A stretch of 64,000 bases of DNA, taken from the NCBI GenBank assembly GCA_964561035.1, contig CAZLNR010000001.1, forward strand, positions 40,577-104,576, in the 5' to 3' direction. Below the pieces are notes generated by a model, which had not been told where the DNA came from, searched no databases, and worked only from the letters and a program-made list of their open reading frames with translations. Position numbers and translations under genes: made by a program. This DNA is from an uncultured Gammaproteobacteria bacterium. Lineage in GTDB: Bacteria > Patescibacteriota > Patescibacteriia > Magasanikbacterales > GWA2-37-8. Positions 28,324 through 38,620 of the stretch are shown piece by piece. Each line of letters begins with the position of its first letter. Positions within the stretch are counted from its first letter, which is position 1.

Positions 28324-29676
28324 TTAATAATTGGTCTTCCAAATACCATCCTTGGTTTTGCTTATAAAGTATAATATTTTATTTTTGGTATCTGCCTGCG
28401 CTGTATGTATTTGTTCGGCTATAAGCTCATGGCTGACCAGATAGTATGGAAATAAAATCGTGCTGCGCTGGTTCCATATAAGGGCGAGTGTGTTATATTG
28501 ATCAAGCGGCAAAACAGTATGCAGTTGTTCACCCGATCTGCTTAGCAGCTGAGGCTCTTCGCCGTCGCTATATGTCCATAATTCCCATTGCGACCATAAT
28601 AGCCACCAGTTATTATATGGCGAAACAAAGAAGTTTGTCGTGTCAATTGGATGTAGCCCGTTTTGGTTGGCGAGTATGGCTTTTTTTCCATATAAATTGC
28701 CGATGAGTGCTGTATTTCCTTTGACTTTTAAAAGAGCCGGTTTGTTGCTATTTGGCTGGTCGTTGGTTGTAAAATAAGTTTTATTAACAGTTTGAACAAT
28801 AGTAGGGAAACCTAAAATATCTTTGGTTATTATATAGGCATCGGTATTGGTTGCGAATTGCAAAGCCCATAGTTCGTTTGCTTCCACAGACCAATCTAAA
28901 TATGTATTTGCGGTAACCAGCTGTGATTTATTGGTAGTCGGAGTGTATAAAAAAATCTGATTTTTTGTACTGTAATATACTTGAGGTTCGCTGGTTTGGT
29001 TCCAGATAAATTTTGTAATTGGCGTACCGGAGCCTATAGTAAATAATTTTTTAGTTTCCGCGTTTAATATGTATATCTGCGCAAACGGCTGTTCTGTCGG
29101 AGCGATGACGGCCAGGTTATTTTTTTCATCCCATGTATATTGGAAACGCAGGTCGCTGTCTAATCCGGTAATCTGGGTTTTTTCTTGAGTGCGCACATTC
29201 CATAGCCAAGTAAAAAAACCTTTATCAGTTTGAGTTGTAAATAGTATGTATGCGCCATCGGCTGATACAGAAAAGTCATTTATCGTGCCGCTTATCGCCA
29301 GTTCCAGTTTTGGTTTTTTTATTAAGCGTATTTCTTTAATATAATTTGTTTGTTTGTTTTTTACCTCTATTTCTTTGGACCAATCAATATACCCTTCGGC
29401 GCTTAGGCGGGTGTTATAAGTTGCGGGCGTGATGTTATTAAGGCGAATAGGCAATGTTTTCTGCAGTTTGATATTATTAAGGTAGGCAACCGATTCTTGC
29501 GGCTCTATATCAATACTGATTGATCCAGTTTCTTTGAGTAGGCCGTTATGCCAGTCATAGCGATAGCCGGCAGTATACATGATTAAAAGAGGGGATATGA
29601 TAAAAAAAGCGCTGATAAAAAAAATAAACATGAACTGTCTGATCGGCTTAGTGAATTTTGTTCCTGGATATTCCAT
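28324..29676 (-). CDS. PEGA-domain membrane protein with beta-propeller-like C-terminus
   Basis: TM then YTAGYRYD..ETGSISIDIEP..GYIDWSKEIEV. Confidence 0.65.
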   Translation of the reverse strand: MEYPGTKFTKPIRQFMFIFFISAFFIISPLLIMYTAGYRYDWHNGLLKETGSISIDIEPQESVAYLNNIKLQKTLPIRLNNITPATYNTRLSAEGYIDWSKEIEVKNKQTNYIKEIRLIKKPKLELAISGTINDFSVSADGAYILFTTQTDKGFFTWLWNVRTQEKTQITGLDSDLRFQYTWDEKNNLAVIAPTEQPFAQIYILNAETKKLFTIGSGTPITKFIWNQTSEPQVYYSTKNQIFLYTPTTNKSQLVTANTYLDWSVEANELWALQFATNTDAYIITKDILGFPTIVQTVNKTYFTTNDQPNSNKPALLKVKGNTALIGNLYGKKAILANQNGLHPIDTTNFFVSPYNNWWLLWSQWELWTYSDGEEPQLLSRSGEQLHTVLPLDQYNTLALIWNQRSTILFPYYLVSHELIAEQIHTAQADTKNKILYFISKTKDGIWKTNY

Positions 29677-29778
29677 GTTTTTGACGCTAACTTATTTTTG
29701 TAATATACTTAATACTAACGTAAAAATGAGGTTTAGCCAATACCTGAGCGGTTTTTATTCTAATTTAAGCCAATTTAC

Positions 29779-31074
29779 ATGTCATATCTTATTATTAATG
29801 GGGGTAAAAAACTTAAGGGAGAGATTGTTAACCAATCTTCCAAGAATTCAGCTGTGGCGCTTCTGTGCGCATCTCTTTTAGTTCGCGGTAAAACCACTCT
29901 TACAGAAGTGCCTGATATTGAAGAGGTGAATCGTATTTTAGAATTACTTGCCAGTATGAGGGTTGTTATAGAAAAACCATCTCCTGGTACCTTGGTTGTT
30001 GATACGTCCGCAGGCATATCTTTAAAGTCAATTGATAAACATGCTTCCGAAGTAACCAGATCTTCTTTGTTGCTATTAGGCGCTCTAGCCTCTTTTCGTG
30101 CCAGTTATAAGTTATATAAATCTGGCGGCTGTCGTTTGGGCGAGCGCACTGTGCGTCCCCATTTATACGCGTTAGAAAAATTTGGAGTGAGCGTTGTTTC
30201 AAAACAGTCTTTTTATGAAGTGAAAAATAACGGCTTGCGTTCTGCCGAATTGGTTATGTATGAATCTGGTGACACGCCAACAGAAAACGCTATTATGGCC
30301 GCGGTCTTGGCACCCGGTAAAACTACCATTCGTATGGCTTCGGCAAATTATATGGTGCAAGACCTATGTTATTTCTTGCAAGAAGCCGGCGCACGCATTG
30401 AAGGTATTGGCACCACAACACTTGTTATAGATGGTGTGAAAGAATTGAAAAAAAGCGTACGTTATTCTGTAATGCCCGATCCGATTGCGGCTATGACATT
30501 TTTATCCGCAGCCATTGTAACCGGGTCCCACTTAACAATCAAAAATTGTCCGATGGATTTTTTGGATTTAGAATTATGTAAATTAGAAAAAATGGGTCAG
30601 AAGTTTACGGTTGTTTCACAGCCTCATGATCGGTATCGCATGGCAAGTATTGAAGTTTTTCCGTCAAAATTAAAAGCTTTGCCGGATAAAATTTATGGCC
30701 GGCCATTTCCTGGGTTAAATATAGATAACCTGCCTCTCTTCGCGCCTATTCTGGCTGTTGCTAAAGGACGCACATTGGTTCATGATTGGGCATATGAAAA
30801 TCGATCTGTATATTATCTCGAAATGCAAAAGCTGGGCGCTAAAGTAAATTTGCTTGATTTACACCGTGCCTGGATAGAAGGACCAACCACGTTTAAGGCA
30901 AACGAAGTTGTCTGTCCTCCGGCGTTACGCCCAGCAGTTAATATTCTTATCTGCATGATGGCTGCTAAAGGAAAGTCGGTGCTCCGTAATATCTATGTGA
31001 TAGATAGAGGCTACGAACATATTTACGAAGTATTTAATAAAGTTGGCGCCAGCATTACTCTGGTAAAAGAATAA
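29779..31074 (+). CDS. murA: UDP-N-acetylglucosamine 1-carboxyvinyltransferase
   Basis: SSKNSAV, GGCRLGERT (catalytic Cys), PFPG, YENR, IDRGYE. Confidence 0.92.
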   Translation: MSYLIINGGKKLKGEIVNQSSKNSAVALLCASLLVRGKTTLTEVPDIEEVNRILELLASMRVVIEKPSPGTLVVDTSAGISLKSIDKHASEVTRSSLLLLGALASFRASYKLYKSGGCRLGERTVRPHLYALEKFGVSVVSKQSFYEVKNNGLRSAELVMYESGDTPTENAIMAAVLAPGKTTIRMASANYMVQDLCYFLQEAGARIEGIGTTTLVIDGVKELKKSVRYSVMPDPIAAMTFLSAAIVTGSHLTIKNCPMDFLDLELCKLEKMGQKFTVVSQPHDRYRMASIEVFPSKLKALPDKIYGRPFPGLNIDNLPLFAPILAVAKGRTLVHDWAYENRSVYYLEMQKLGAKVNLLDLHRAWIEGPTTFKANEVVCPPALRPAVNILICMMAAKGKSVLRNIYVIDRGYEHIYEVFNKVGASITLVKE

Positions 31075-31085
31075 TTTTTATTTTT

Positions 31086-32348
31086 ATGTCGGATCTTTCT
31101 CCTGTTAAAATGCGTGCGTCAAAATACGCAAGCGTATATTTATCTTTGATATTTTTTATCATTTCTTTTGGCATGGGCGTACTGGTTGGAAAAACTTGGT
31201 ATGTGCGCCAGAGTATTACCAGCGCCAACGGCGCGGTAGAGATAGAAAAAGTTTTAAATCTGAATCGTTCTGTTAATAAAAGCTCAGTAGACTTCAATCA
31301 GTTTTGGCAGGTGTGGGACAAAGTGCGTTCATCATATGTAAAACAGCCGATTAAAGAAACCGATATGCTCTATGGCGCTATCGGAGGCTTAGTTGGTTCT
31401 TTAGGCGACCCGTATTCATTGTATTTTCCGCCACAACAAGCAGAAGAATTTGCTAAAGATTTGTCGGGAGAGCTAGAAGGTATTGGTGCTGAAATTGGCA
31501 TTAAAAATGACCAGTTAATGGTAATTTCACCATTGCCAGATTCGCCAGCAGAAAAAGCAGGTTTGCGCCCTGGAGATAAGATTATCGCGATTGATAAAGA
31601 AAGTACTGTTGGGTTGGATGTTGGCACGGCCGTGGGCAAAATTCGAGGTAAAGCCAATACGCAAGTGGTGCTTACAATTATACGTGAAAATAATACGAAA
31701 TCCGAAGATGTCTCAATCACTCGTTCAAAGATTAATGTTCCATCTGTATTGTTTTCAGTAAAAGAAAATAATATTGCATATTTGCGTGTAATGCAATTTA
31801 ATGAAGACACTATACCTCAGCTTAATAAATATATTAAACAAATTAAATCAATGTCGGCTAGCGCTATTATTTTAGATTTACGCAATAATCCAGGCGGATA
31901 CTTAGATGCAGCTATTGAAATGGGAAGCCAATGGATTACTAAAGGCGTGGTGGTGAGTGAAAAAGGGCGAGATGGGCTGAATAAAGAACATGAGACCTTT
32001 GGCTCACATCCACTTTCGGGAATAAAAACAGTGGTGCTGGTAAACAAAGGTTCTGCCTCTGCTTCGGAAATTGTGGCCGGCGCGCTACAAGATACAAAAA
32101 AAGCCGTTTTGATTGGTGAGCAAACCTTTGGTAAAGGGTCGGTACAGGATTTTCAAATGTTTCCTGACGGCTCTGCCTTGAAGCTTACAATTGCCGAATG
32201 GTTTACGCCAAATGGTAAAAATATAAACAAAGAAGGTGTGAAACCAGATATTGAAGTTAAAGAAGATTGGGAAAATGAAAAAATCGGAGAAGATTCAGTG
32301 GTAGACGCTGCGTTGCAGTTGTTTGCGTCTTCTACTTTTAGATGGTAA
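31086..32348 (+). CDS. ctpA: S41 carboxy-terminal processing protease
   Basis: PDZ GIGAEI, DLRNNPGG, SASASEI, TFGKGSVQ. Confidence 0.92.
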   Translation: MSDLSPVKMRASKYASVYLSLIFFIISFGMGVLVGKTWYVRQSITSANGAVEIEKVLNLNRSVNKSSVDFNQFWQVWDKVRSSYVKQPIKETDMLYGAIGGLVGSLGDPYSLYFPPQQAEEFAKDLSGELEGIGAEIGIKNDQLMVISPLPDSPAEKAGLRPGDKIIAIDKESTVGLDVGTAVGKIRGKANTQVVLTIIRENNTKSEDVSITRSKINVPSVLFSVKENNIAYLRVMQFNEDTIPQLNKYIKQIKSMSASAIILDLRNNPGGYLDAAIEMGSQWITKGVVVSEKGRDGLNKEHETFGSHPLSGIKTVVLVNKGSASASEIVAGALQDTKKAVLIGEQTFGKGSVQDFQMFPDGSALKLTIAEWFTPNGKNINKEGVKPDIEVKEDWENEKIGEDSVVDAALQLFASSTFRW

Positions 32349-32361
32349 TTAGTGCGTTATA

Positions 32362-32408
32362 TTAAATAAAAAATAGCCTTACTTGTTGTAAGGCTATTTT
32401 TTATTTAA
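32362..32408. terminator. Bidirectional terminator (21-bp stem)
   Basis: TTAAATAAAAAATAGCCTTAC-ttgtt-GTAAGGCTATTTTTTATTTAA. Confidence 0.85.
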
Positions 32409-33256
32409 ATTTTTTCTTCCCAGCGGCGGTCGGTTTCTACTTCTAGTTCTAGAAAAACTTTTTTATTTAAAGCTGCTTCCAATTCTTTGCGGGCTGCAAT
32501 GCCAATTTCTTTAATAGATCGTCCGCCAGCTCCGATAATCATTTTCTTGTATCGACTGTCGTATGTATATACAATTGCTTTGATGACAAACATTTCAGGT
32601 TTTTCCTCAATATCTTGTACTTCCACATGTGTTGTATATGGCACTTCTTGGCGCAGGGCTTTGAAGATTTTTTCGCGAATCAATTCGGCAGTCCAGAATT
32701 TTCTGTCAATGTTAGTGATTTGATCATTTGGATATACTGGTTCGCCTTCCGGAAGCAGTTCAAATACCTTATCTTTGAGCGGTTGGATATGCCTATTTTC
32801 TTGAGCTGACAGTTCAAATACAGCAGTGAATTGGTCGCTCAGCGCCAGATAATCTTCTAGATATGTTTTTTCATGTTTAGGCAGGTCGGATTTGTTGATT
32901 ACGAGCAGCTTAGGAATATCTATATTTCTTACCATGGCCAATGTCGCTCGTTCTTCTGCGCCAAGCGATTTGGTCGGGTCTACAACATAGATGATAATGT
33001 CTATGCCTTGAATCGCTTCATGGGCTCGTTGGGTAAGCTTGCCGGAAAGAGGATTTCCTTTATCTTTAAATATACCGGGTGTGTCCACAAAAACAGCCTG
33101 CCCTTGCGCGGTATTTAGAACTCCGTGTATAATGTCTCTGGTAGTTTGTGGCTTATCGGTAACTGCGGCCAGCTTCGTTCCGACGAGGGTGTTAAGCAGT
33201 GCTGATTTACCCACATTGGAACGGCCTACAAGAGTAATAAAGCCGGATTTAAACAT
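32405..33256 (-). CDS. era: GTPase Era
   Basis: GRSNVGKS, KPQTTR, DTPG, NKSD, KH domain IIGAGG; start moved to 33256. Confidence 0.95.
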   Translation of the reverse strand: MFKSGFITLVGRSNVGKSALLNTLVGTKLAAVTDKPQTTRDIIHGVLNTAQGQAVFVDTPGIFKDKGNPLSGKLTQRAHEAIQGIDIIIYVVDPTKSLGAEERATLAMVRNIDIPKLLVINKSDLPKHEKTYLEDYLALSDQFTAVFELSAQENRHIQPLKDKVFELLPEGEPVYPNDQITNIDRKFWTAELIREKIFKALRQEVPYTTHVEVQDIEEKPEMFVIKAIVYTYDSRYKKMIIGAGGRSIKEIGIAARKELEAALNKKVFLELEVETDRRWEEKI

Positions 33257-33330
33257 AGTTAAAGTATTAAGTAACAAGTCTATATTGCTGCAGTATAGCG
33301 GAAAATGCGTGAAAAATCAAGTGTTCTAGT

Positions 33331-33771
33331 ATGAAAGTGATTTTAATACAATCTGTTCCTGGTCTGGGCCAAATAGATGACATAAAAGAGGTGTCCGAAG
33401 GATATGGTCGTAATTTTTTATTTGCAAAAAATTTGGCAGTACCGGCGACAGAGAAATCAATCAAAGAAATTCAGTTTCGCCGCAATAAGATGGCCCATCA
33501 CAAGGAGGAAGAGCTAAAACATCAGCAAGAATTGGCAGGCAGATTGGATAGCTGGGAAATTTCGTTGCGAGAAAAAGCTGGAGCGGCCGGGGCTTTATAT
33601 GCGGCTATCGGTCCGCAAAAAATAGTTGAAGCACTGGCAAAATCTGGTTTTAAGCTTGATAAAAATCAGATTATCATGAAGCCGATAAAAGAAGCGGGAG
33701 AATATACTGTTACTGTTGCGTTACGGTACGGTTTGGAGGCGCGGGTGCATGTTATTGTTTCTACTTTATAA
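33331..33771 (+). CDS. rplI: 50S ribosomal protein L9
   Basis: MKVILIQSVPGLG..EVSEGYGRNFL. Confidence 0.95.
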   Translation: MKVILIQSVPGLGQIDDIKEVSEGYGRNFLFAKNLAVPATEKSIKEIQFRRNKMAHHKEEELKHQQELAGRLDSWEISLREKAGAAGALYAAIGPQKIVEALAKSGFKLDKNQIIMKPIKEAGEYTVTVALRYGLEARVHVIVSTL

Positions 33772-33803
33772 AAATAAAACGTCTTTATATAATTTGAAAC
33801 CGT

Positions 33804-35429
33804 ATGCAAACAAAATATATTTTTGTTATTGGCGGAGTGTTGAGCGGGGTAGGCAAGGGTGTAACCACGGCTTCGATTGGCCGTATTTTTAAAAATCGCG
33901 GCTTTGCTGTTTCAGCTATTAAAATAGATCCGTATATTAATGTCGATGCTGGTACGATGAATCCGGTTGAGCACGGAGAAGTATTTGTAACTGAAGATGG
34001 AGATGAAACCGATCAAGACTTAGGGAATTATGAGCGTTTCTTGGAAACAGATATATATTCATATAATTACATGACTACCGGTCGTGTATATTTGAGTGTA
34101 ATAGAAAAAGAGCGCAGCATGTACTATAAAGGCAAATGTGTGGAAGTCGTACCGCATATTCCTATGGAAGTTATTGGTCGTATTAAAAACGCTGCTGCCA
34201 AAACCAAAGCGGATGTTATGGTTATTGAAATTGGAGGTACGGCTGGAGAATATCAAAATATTTTATTTTTAGAAGCGGCTCGCATGATGAAGCTTGAGAG
34301 CCCGGAGCATGTGGCCTTTGTTTTGGTGAGTTATTTGCCAGTACCCGGTCATTTGGGTGAAATGAAAACGAAGCCAACGCAGTATGCCTCTCGCACGTTA
34401 AACGCGAGTGGTATTCAGGCCGACTTCATTATTGCGCGCGGTCCAGACGAGCTTGATAAGCCGCGTCGTGAAAAATTAGCATTGTTGTGCGGTTTGCGCA
34501 GCGAAGATGATGTGATTGCGGCGCCGGATGTGAAAAGTATCTATGAAATTCCGTTAGTGCTGGAAAGACAAAAATTTGCTGAATTGCTGATGAAACGCCT
34601 GCATATGAAAAATCGCAAGCCGATAAAAAAAGAATGGGATGATTTTGTTGCGGCCATTGGACGTATTAAAAAAACAGTGAAAATCGCCGTAGTTGGTAAA
34701 TATTTTGCCACTGGTGATTATACCTTATCTGATTCCTATATTTCCGTAATTAACGCTATTAAACATGCGGCATGGCATAGCGGCGCGCACGCCGAGCTTA
34801 CTTGGTTGGATGCTGAAGAGTACGAAAAATATCCGGAAAAAGTAAAAGAATTAAGCGGTTATAACGCCCTAATTGTGCCGGGTGGTTTTGGCACCCGTGG
34901 TATAGAAGGTATTATTACTTCTATTAAATATGCCCGAGAACACAACCTGCCATATTTGGGTTTATGCTATGGTATGCAGCTTGCTACAATAGAGTTTGCT
35001 AGAAATGTGATGGGATATAAAGACGCGCACACTTTAGAATGTAATCCAAAAAGTAAAAATTTGATTATTAACATTAATTTAACTCAAGCGGAAAATGTTA
35101 AGAAACAGCGCTATGGCGGTACGATGCGTTTAGGCGCGTATGATTGTGTTTTAAAGCCAGGCAGTATTGCGCGAAATATGTACGGATCGGAAAAAATCAG
35201 CGAACGACACCGTCATCGATATGAGTTTGATAATAAGTACCGTGAAGACATGGAAAAACAGGGGATGATAGTAACTGGTGTTAATCCGCAATCTGATTTG
35301 GTGGAAATTGTAGAATTAAAAAAGCACCCGTATTTTGTCGGGGTGCAATTTCATCCGGAATTTAAATCAAGATTTTTACACCCGCATCCCTTATTTGTTG
35401 GTTTGGTAAAAGCTGCAATGAAGAAATAA
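33804..35429 (+). CDS. pyrG: CTP synthase
   Basis: GGVLSGVGKG, KIDPYINVD, KTKPTQ, GLCYGMQ, QFHPE. Confidence 0.97.
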   Translation: MQTKYIFVIGGVLSGVGKGVTTASIGRIFKNRGFAVSAIKIDPYINVDAGTMNPVEHGEVFVTEDGDETDQDLGNYERFLETDIYSYNYMTTGRVYLSVIEKERSMYYKGKCVEVVPHIPMEVIGRIKNAAAKTKADVMVIEIGGTAGEYQNILFLEAARMMKLESPEHVAFVLVSYLPVPGHLGEMKTKPTQYASRTLNASGIQADFIIARGPDELDKPRREKLALLCGLRSEDDVIAAPDVKSIYEIPLVLERQKFAELLMKRLHMKNRKPIKKEWDDFVAAIGRIKKTVKIAVVGKYFATGDYTLSDSYISVINAIKHAAWHSGAHAELTWLDAEEYEKYPEKVKELSGYNALIVPGGFGTRGIEGIITSIKYAREHNLPYLGLCYGMQLATIEFARNVMGYKDAHTLECNPKSKNLIININLTQAENVKKQRYGGTMRLGAYDCVLKPGSIARNMYGSEKISERHRHRYEFDNKYREDMEKQGMIVTGVNPQSDLVEIVELKKHPYFVGVQFHPEFKSRFLHPHPLFVGLVKAAMKK

Positions 35430-36815
35430 TTATCGTCCTGCCATGCGAAGAATGGTGCTAATGGTGCGCAGCAGGATTGAAACGTCTAAAGTAAAATTTC
35501 TGTTTTTAATATAAAACAGATCGTATTCAAGTTTTTGTAAGTTTTCTTCAATAGTGCCGTAGTACGATTTTTGTACTTGAGCCCAACCTGTCAGTCCTGG
35601 TTTGATTAAGTGCCGTAAAGAATAAAACGGCATTTTTTCTGTGAGCTGTGCGACAAACTCCGGTCGTTCAGGTCGAGGGCCGATAAAAGACATTTCTCCT
35701 TTTAAGATATTGATAAATTGAGGTGTCTCATCTAGGCGAGTTAAGCGTAAAAATTTGCCTACAGATGTAATGCGCATATCTGCGGTGGCAGCATACTGAG
35801 GCCCGTTAGTTTCAGCACTACCGTCGGTAGACAAACTTTTCATAGTGCGGAATTTATACACTTTAAAAATTGCGCCTCCGCGACCAACTCTATTTTGCGT
35901 AAAGAATATTTTGCCTTTCGAGTTTAGTTTTATGGCCAGAGCGATAAACGGTAGGGTGGCAGTACACAACAGGCCAAGACAAGCGCCTAAAAAATAATCG
36001 CTTAAAATACGAATTCGGTCATATATTTTTTTCTGCTGTTCTTGTAAATGGGCTATAAACCAGCCTTCAGAAAAAGTAAATGGAGGAATGCGATGCATAA
36101 CAGACTCGTAAAAATCTGAAAGCTCAACAATGCTTATGCCTTGGAACAAGCTTTGATACAAGGTTTGCAAAAGAGATGTGTTAGCTGCCATGACAGGGGA
36201 TAAGACAACGATATTTATCTGGCTTAAATTATCACGCAGACTTGTGCTGGTGTACACAGAAATATTATGGCTCTGCGCGTATGCTGCGGATTGAGTATAG
36301 GACGAGTCTTTCTCGTATAGTAATATGCCGGCAATTTGGTAACCCAGTTGCGGTTCTTTTTTGATTTGTTCAATAAGTTCTTTTACATCGTCGGTTAAGC
36401 CGGCAAAAAGAACTTTATATGTAAGTTTTATGGTAATAAATTTATTGTAGATAAATCTCCATATTGCGATGAGGCCAAATCCAGTTATGGTTGTAAGTAA
36501 TAAGATTGTTTTTGGTGCAATATTTTGTTCCGGATTAACATAGAAATAGGCGATACCCGCCAGCATCCAAACCGCAGCACTTAGTGGTATTTTTTGAAAA
36601 AAGAGCCAGGTGTTTTTGGTTTTGTTTGCATCGTAGAGGCCAGAAATAAACATGATGGTAGCTGCTAATAAAAAAAGAGCAGTCATCGGGGAGAGCAGTT
36701 CAAGAAATTGATTATCTGCAGGATGTAAATATCTAAGGAAGGTGCCGGCATATAAGCCAGCATAGAGACAAATGAGATCGCCCGTAAAAAGAGTGAATTG
36801 TTTTAAGCGATACAT
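35430..36815 (-). CDS. Undecaprenyl-phosphate sugar-1-phosphate transferase (WbaP/WcaJ type)
   Basis: YKFRTM, RLDETPQFINILKGEMSFIGPRPE, KPGLTGWAQV. Confidence 0.9.
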   Translation of the reverse strand: MYRLKQFTLFTGDLICLYAGLYAGTFLRYLHPADNQFLELLSPMTALFLLAATIMFISGLYDANKTKNTWLFFQKIPLSAAVWMLAGIAYFYVNPEQNIAPKTILLLTTITGFGLIAIWRFIYNKFITIKLTYKVLFAGLTDDVKELIEQIKKEPQLGYQIAGILLYEKDSSYTQSAAYAQSHNISVYTSTSLRDNLSQINIVVLSPVMAANTSLLQTLYQSLFQGISIVELSDFYESVMHRIPPFTFSEGWFIAHLQEQQKKIYDRIRILSDYFLGACLGLLCTATLPFIALAIKLNSKGKIFFTQNRVGRGGAIFKVYKFRTMKSLSTDGSAETNGPQYAATADMRITSVGKFLRLTRLDETPQFINILKGEMSFIGPRPERPEFVAQLTEKMPFYSLRHLIKPGLTGWAQVQKSYYGTIEENLQKLEYDLFYIKNRNFTLDVSILLRTISTILRMAGR

Positions 36816-36836
36816 ATAGTATGATATAATGCGTAC

Positions 36837-38351
36837 ATGAAAGAATTTTACCTTATTTTAAGCAAAAAATCAATAGTTAGCGGTTTGTTGGCGGTTGGTA
36901 CTGTGCTCTGTATGTGTGCGCCAGTTTTTGCTTATACTCCAAGTGATCCGTATTATCGCTGGCAGAAAGACGTATATAATCAAATTCATGCGCCGGAAGC
37001 CTGGGACTATACAGTTGGCAGTAGTACGGTGGTGGTAGCAGTTATAGATACTGGAGTAGATATTTTAAATTCAGATTTGGCTGATAATATTTGGGTTAAT
37101 ACCGATGAAGTGCCTAATAACGGTTTAGATGATGATAATAATGGGTATGTTGATGATGTGCATGGATGGAATATTGTGGAAAATAATAATGATGTAAGTA
37201 TCGCTAATATTACAGAGGCAGACGACGCTGGAGCGGTTAATCATGGCACTTTGCTGGCTGGTTTAATTGGCGCCTCGGGAGATAATGAGGTGCTAGGGGC
37301 GGGTTTAAATTGGCATGTGTCAATTATGCCGCTGCGAGCCGTAAACAATAGCGGCGGTGGTGATTTGGTTGATATTGCGCGCGCGGTAAATTATGCGGTT
37401 GATAATGGTGCTAGTATTATCAATTTAAGCTTTGTTGGCTTTACTACCGAACCTGCGCTTACGGCTGCTTTGTATCGCGCTTACCAAAAAGGGGTGTTAG
37501 TGGTAGCGGCTGCAGGAAATAGCCGCAATGACAGTAGTGGCAATGAAAATTTGACCAAAGTTAAGCAGTATCCAATTTGCCTCGACTATGATTATGCGCA
37601 AAATTGGGTTTTGGGAGTTGCTTCCGTCAGCGCATCCGATACGTTGAGTTATTTTGGCGATTATGGGAGCTGTATTGATATTTCGGCGCCTGGAGAAAAA
37701 ATCTATAGTACACAGAAAGTAAGCGAACAGCCTGGTTTTGAAAAAGATTTTGATGGTGGCTGGTATGGCACATCTTTTGCCGCCCCATTGGTGGCGGGTA
37801 CGGCTGCCCTGATAAAATCCATTCGTCCAGAATGGGCGGCTAAAGAAATTATAGAAACGCTTCTTAAAAGCGCTGATGATATAGATTATCTCAATCCGGG
37901 ATTTGCCGGTCAGTTAGGTTATGGCCGTCTCAATGCCGGTAAAGCGGTGCGTTTGGCAGCAGAGTCAAAAGTAAAGCCTGTTGAAGGGGTGTATCGCGGT
38001 GCGCTAGTTAATGTAAAAAAACAGTATTATGTAGATGTGTTTGAAGGGGCAAAAAAAGCGCATCGTTTTCCACTAGAAAATTTTTCAGAAAAATCATCCC
38101 GCTGGCTGGTTGCAGACAATATGTTTGTATATGTGTATCAGCGTAATGGTAGCTTGGTGGCGCAAGCTTGGGATTTTGCCGGTAAAAAAATTATGACAAA
38201 TTTAACATTGCCGGGCTTTGTTGCAATTATTCAACTGGATAAAGGATATGTGTGGGGTGAAAACGAAAATATTATCATTACAGCCAAAAAAAATAATAAT
38301 CTAAAAAAGATTATTATTGATGTGCCGTCGCAGAGTTGGAAAACCGAGTAG
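36837..38351 (+). CDS. Secreted S8 subtilisin-like serine protease
   Basis: Signal peptide; triad motifs VAVIDTG, NHGT, GTSFAAP. Confidence 0.9.
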   Translation: MKEFYLILSKKSIVSGLLAVGTVLCMCAPVFAYTPSDPYYRWQKDVYNQIHAPEAWDYTVGSSTVVVAVIDTGVDILNSDLADNIWVNTDEVPNNGLDDDNNGYVDDVHGWNIVENNNDVSIANITEADDAGAVNHGTLLAGLIGASGDNEVLGAGLNWHVSIMPLRAVNNSGGGDLVDIARAVNYAVDNGASIINLSFVGFTTEPALTAALYRAYQKGVLVVAAAGNSRNDSSGNENLTKVKQYPICLDYDYAQNWVLGVASVSASDTLSYFGDYGSCIDISAPGEKIYSTQKVSEQPGFEKDFDGGWYGTSFAAPLVAGTAALIKSIRPEWAAKEIIETLLKSADDIDYLNPGFAGQLGYGRLNAGKAVRLAAESKVKPVEGVYRGALVNVKKQYYVDVFEGAKKAHRFPLENFSEKSSRWLVADNMFVYVYQRNGSLVAQAWDFAGKKIMTNLTLPGFVAIIQLDKGYVWGENENIIITAKKNNNLKKIIIDVPSQSWKTE

Positions 38352-38376
38352 TAAATTGTTGTAAGTCATTTTAAAA

Positions 38377-38516
38377 TGGTGGAATAGCTAAAGAGAGCAG
38401 GCGCCCTGTGGTTCGTGGTTAGCAAACCGTTCTGTGCAGTTTTGCCATACTCTTACTTTCTATGCTTGTGGCAAAGAACATATTCCGATTTACCATCGGA
38501 TCTCTAGCCTCCCCAC
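38377..38516 (-). ncRNA. Candidate structured ncRNA (about 140 nt) ending in CCACCA
   Basis: Terminal 16-nt stem (15 pairs) with G-U pairs on the minus strand and internal hairpins in an ORF-poor gap. Confidence 0.5.
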
Positions 38517-38620
38517 GGTAACGGTACACGTTTTTTCTGATATTGTAAATATTAGCCTCCAATGCTATAATTTTGATATAAATATGATGCGTGCTAAGCG
38601 CTATATTTTAATGGTAACAT

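Noticed and set aside
38377-38516. tmRNA call
   Set aside because: GGGG and CCACCA ends are present, but there is no T-arm or evident tag ORF and the length is only about 140 nt; kept as an unknown RNA.
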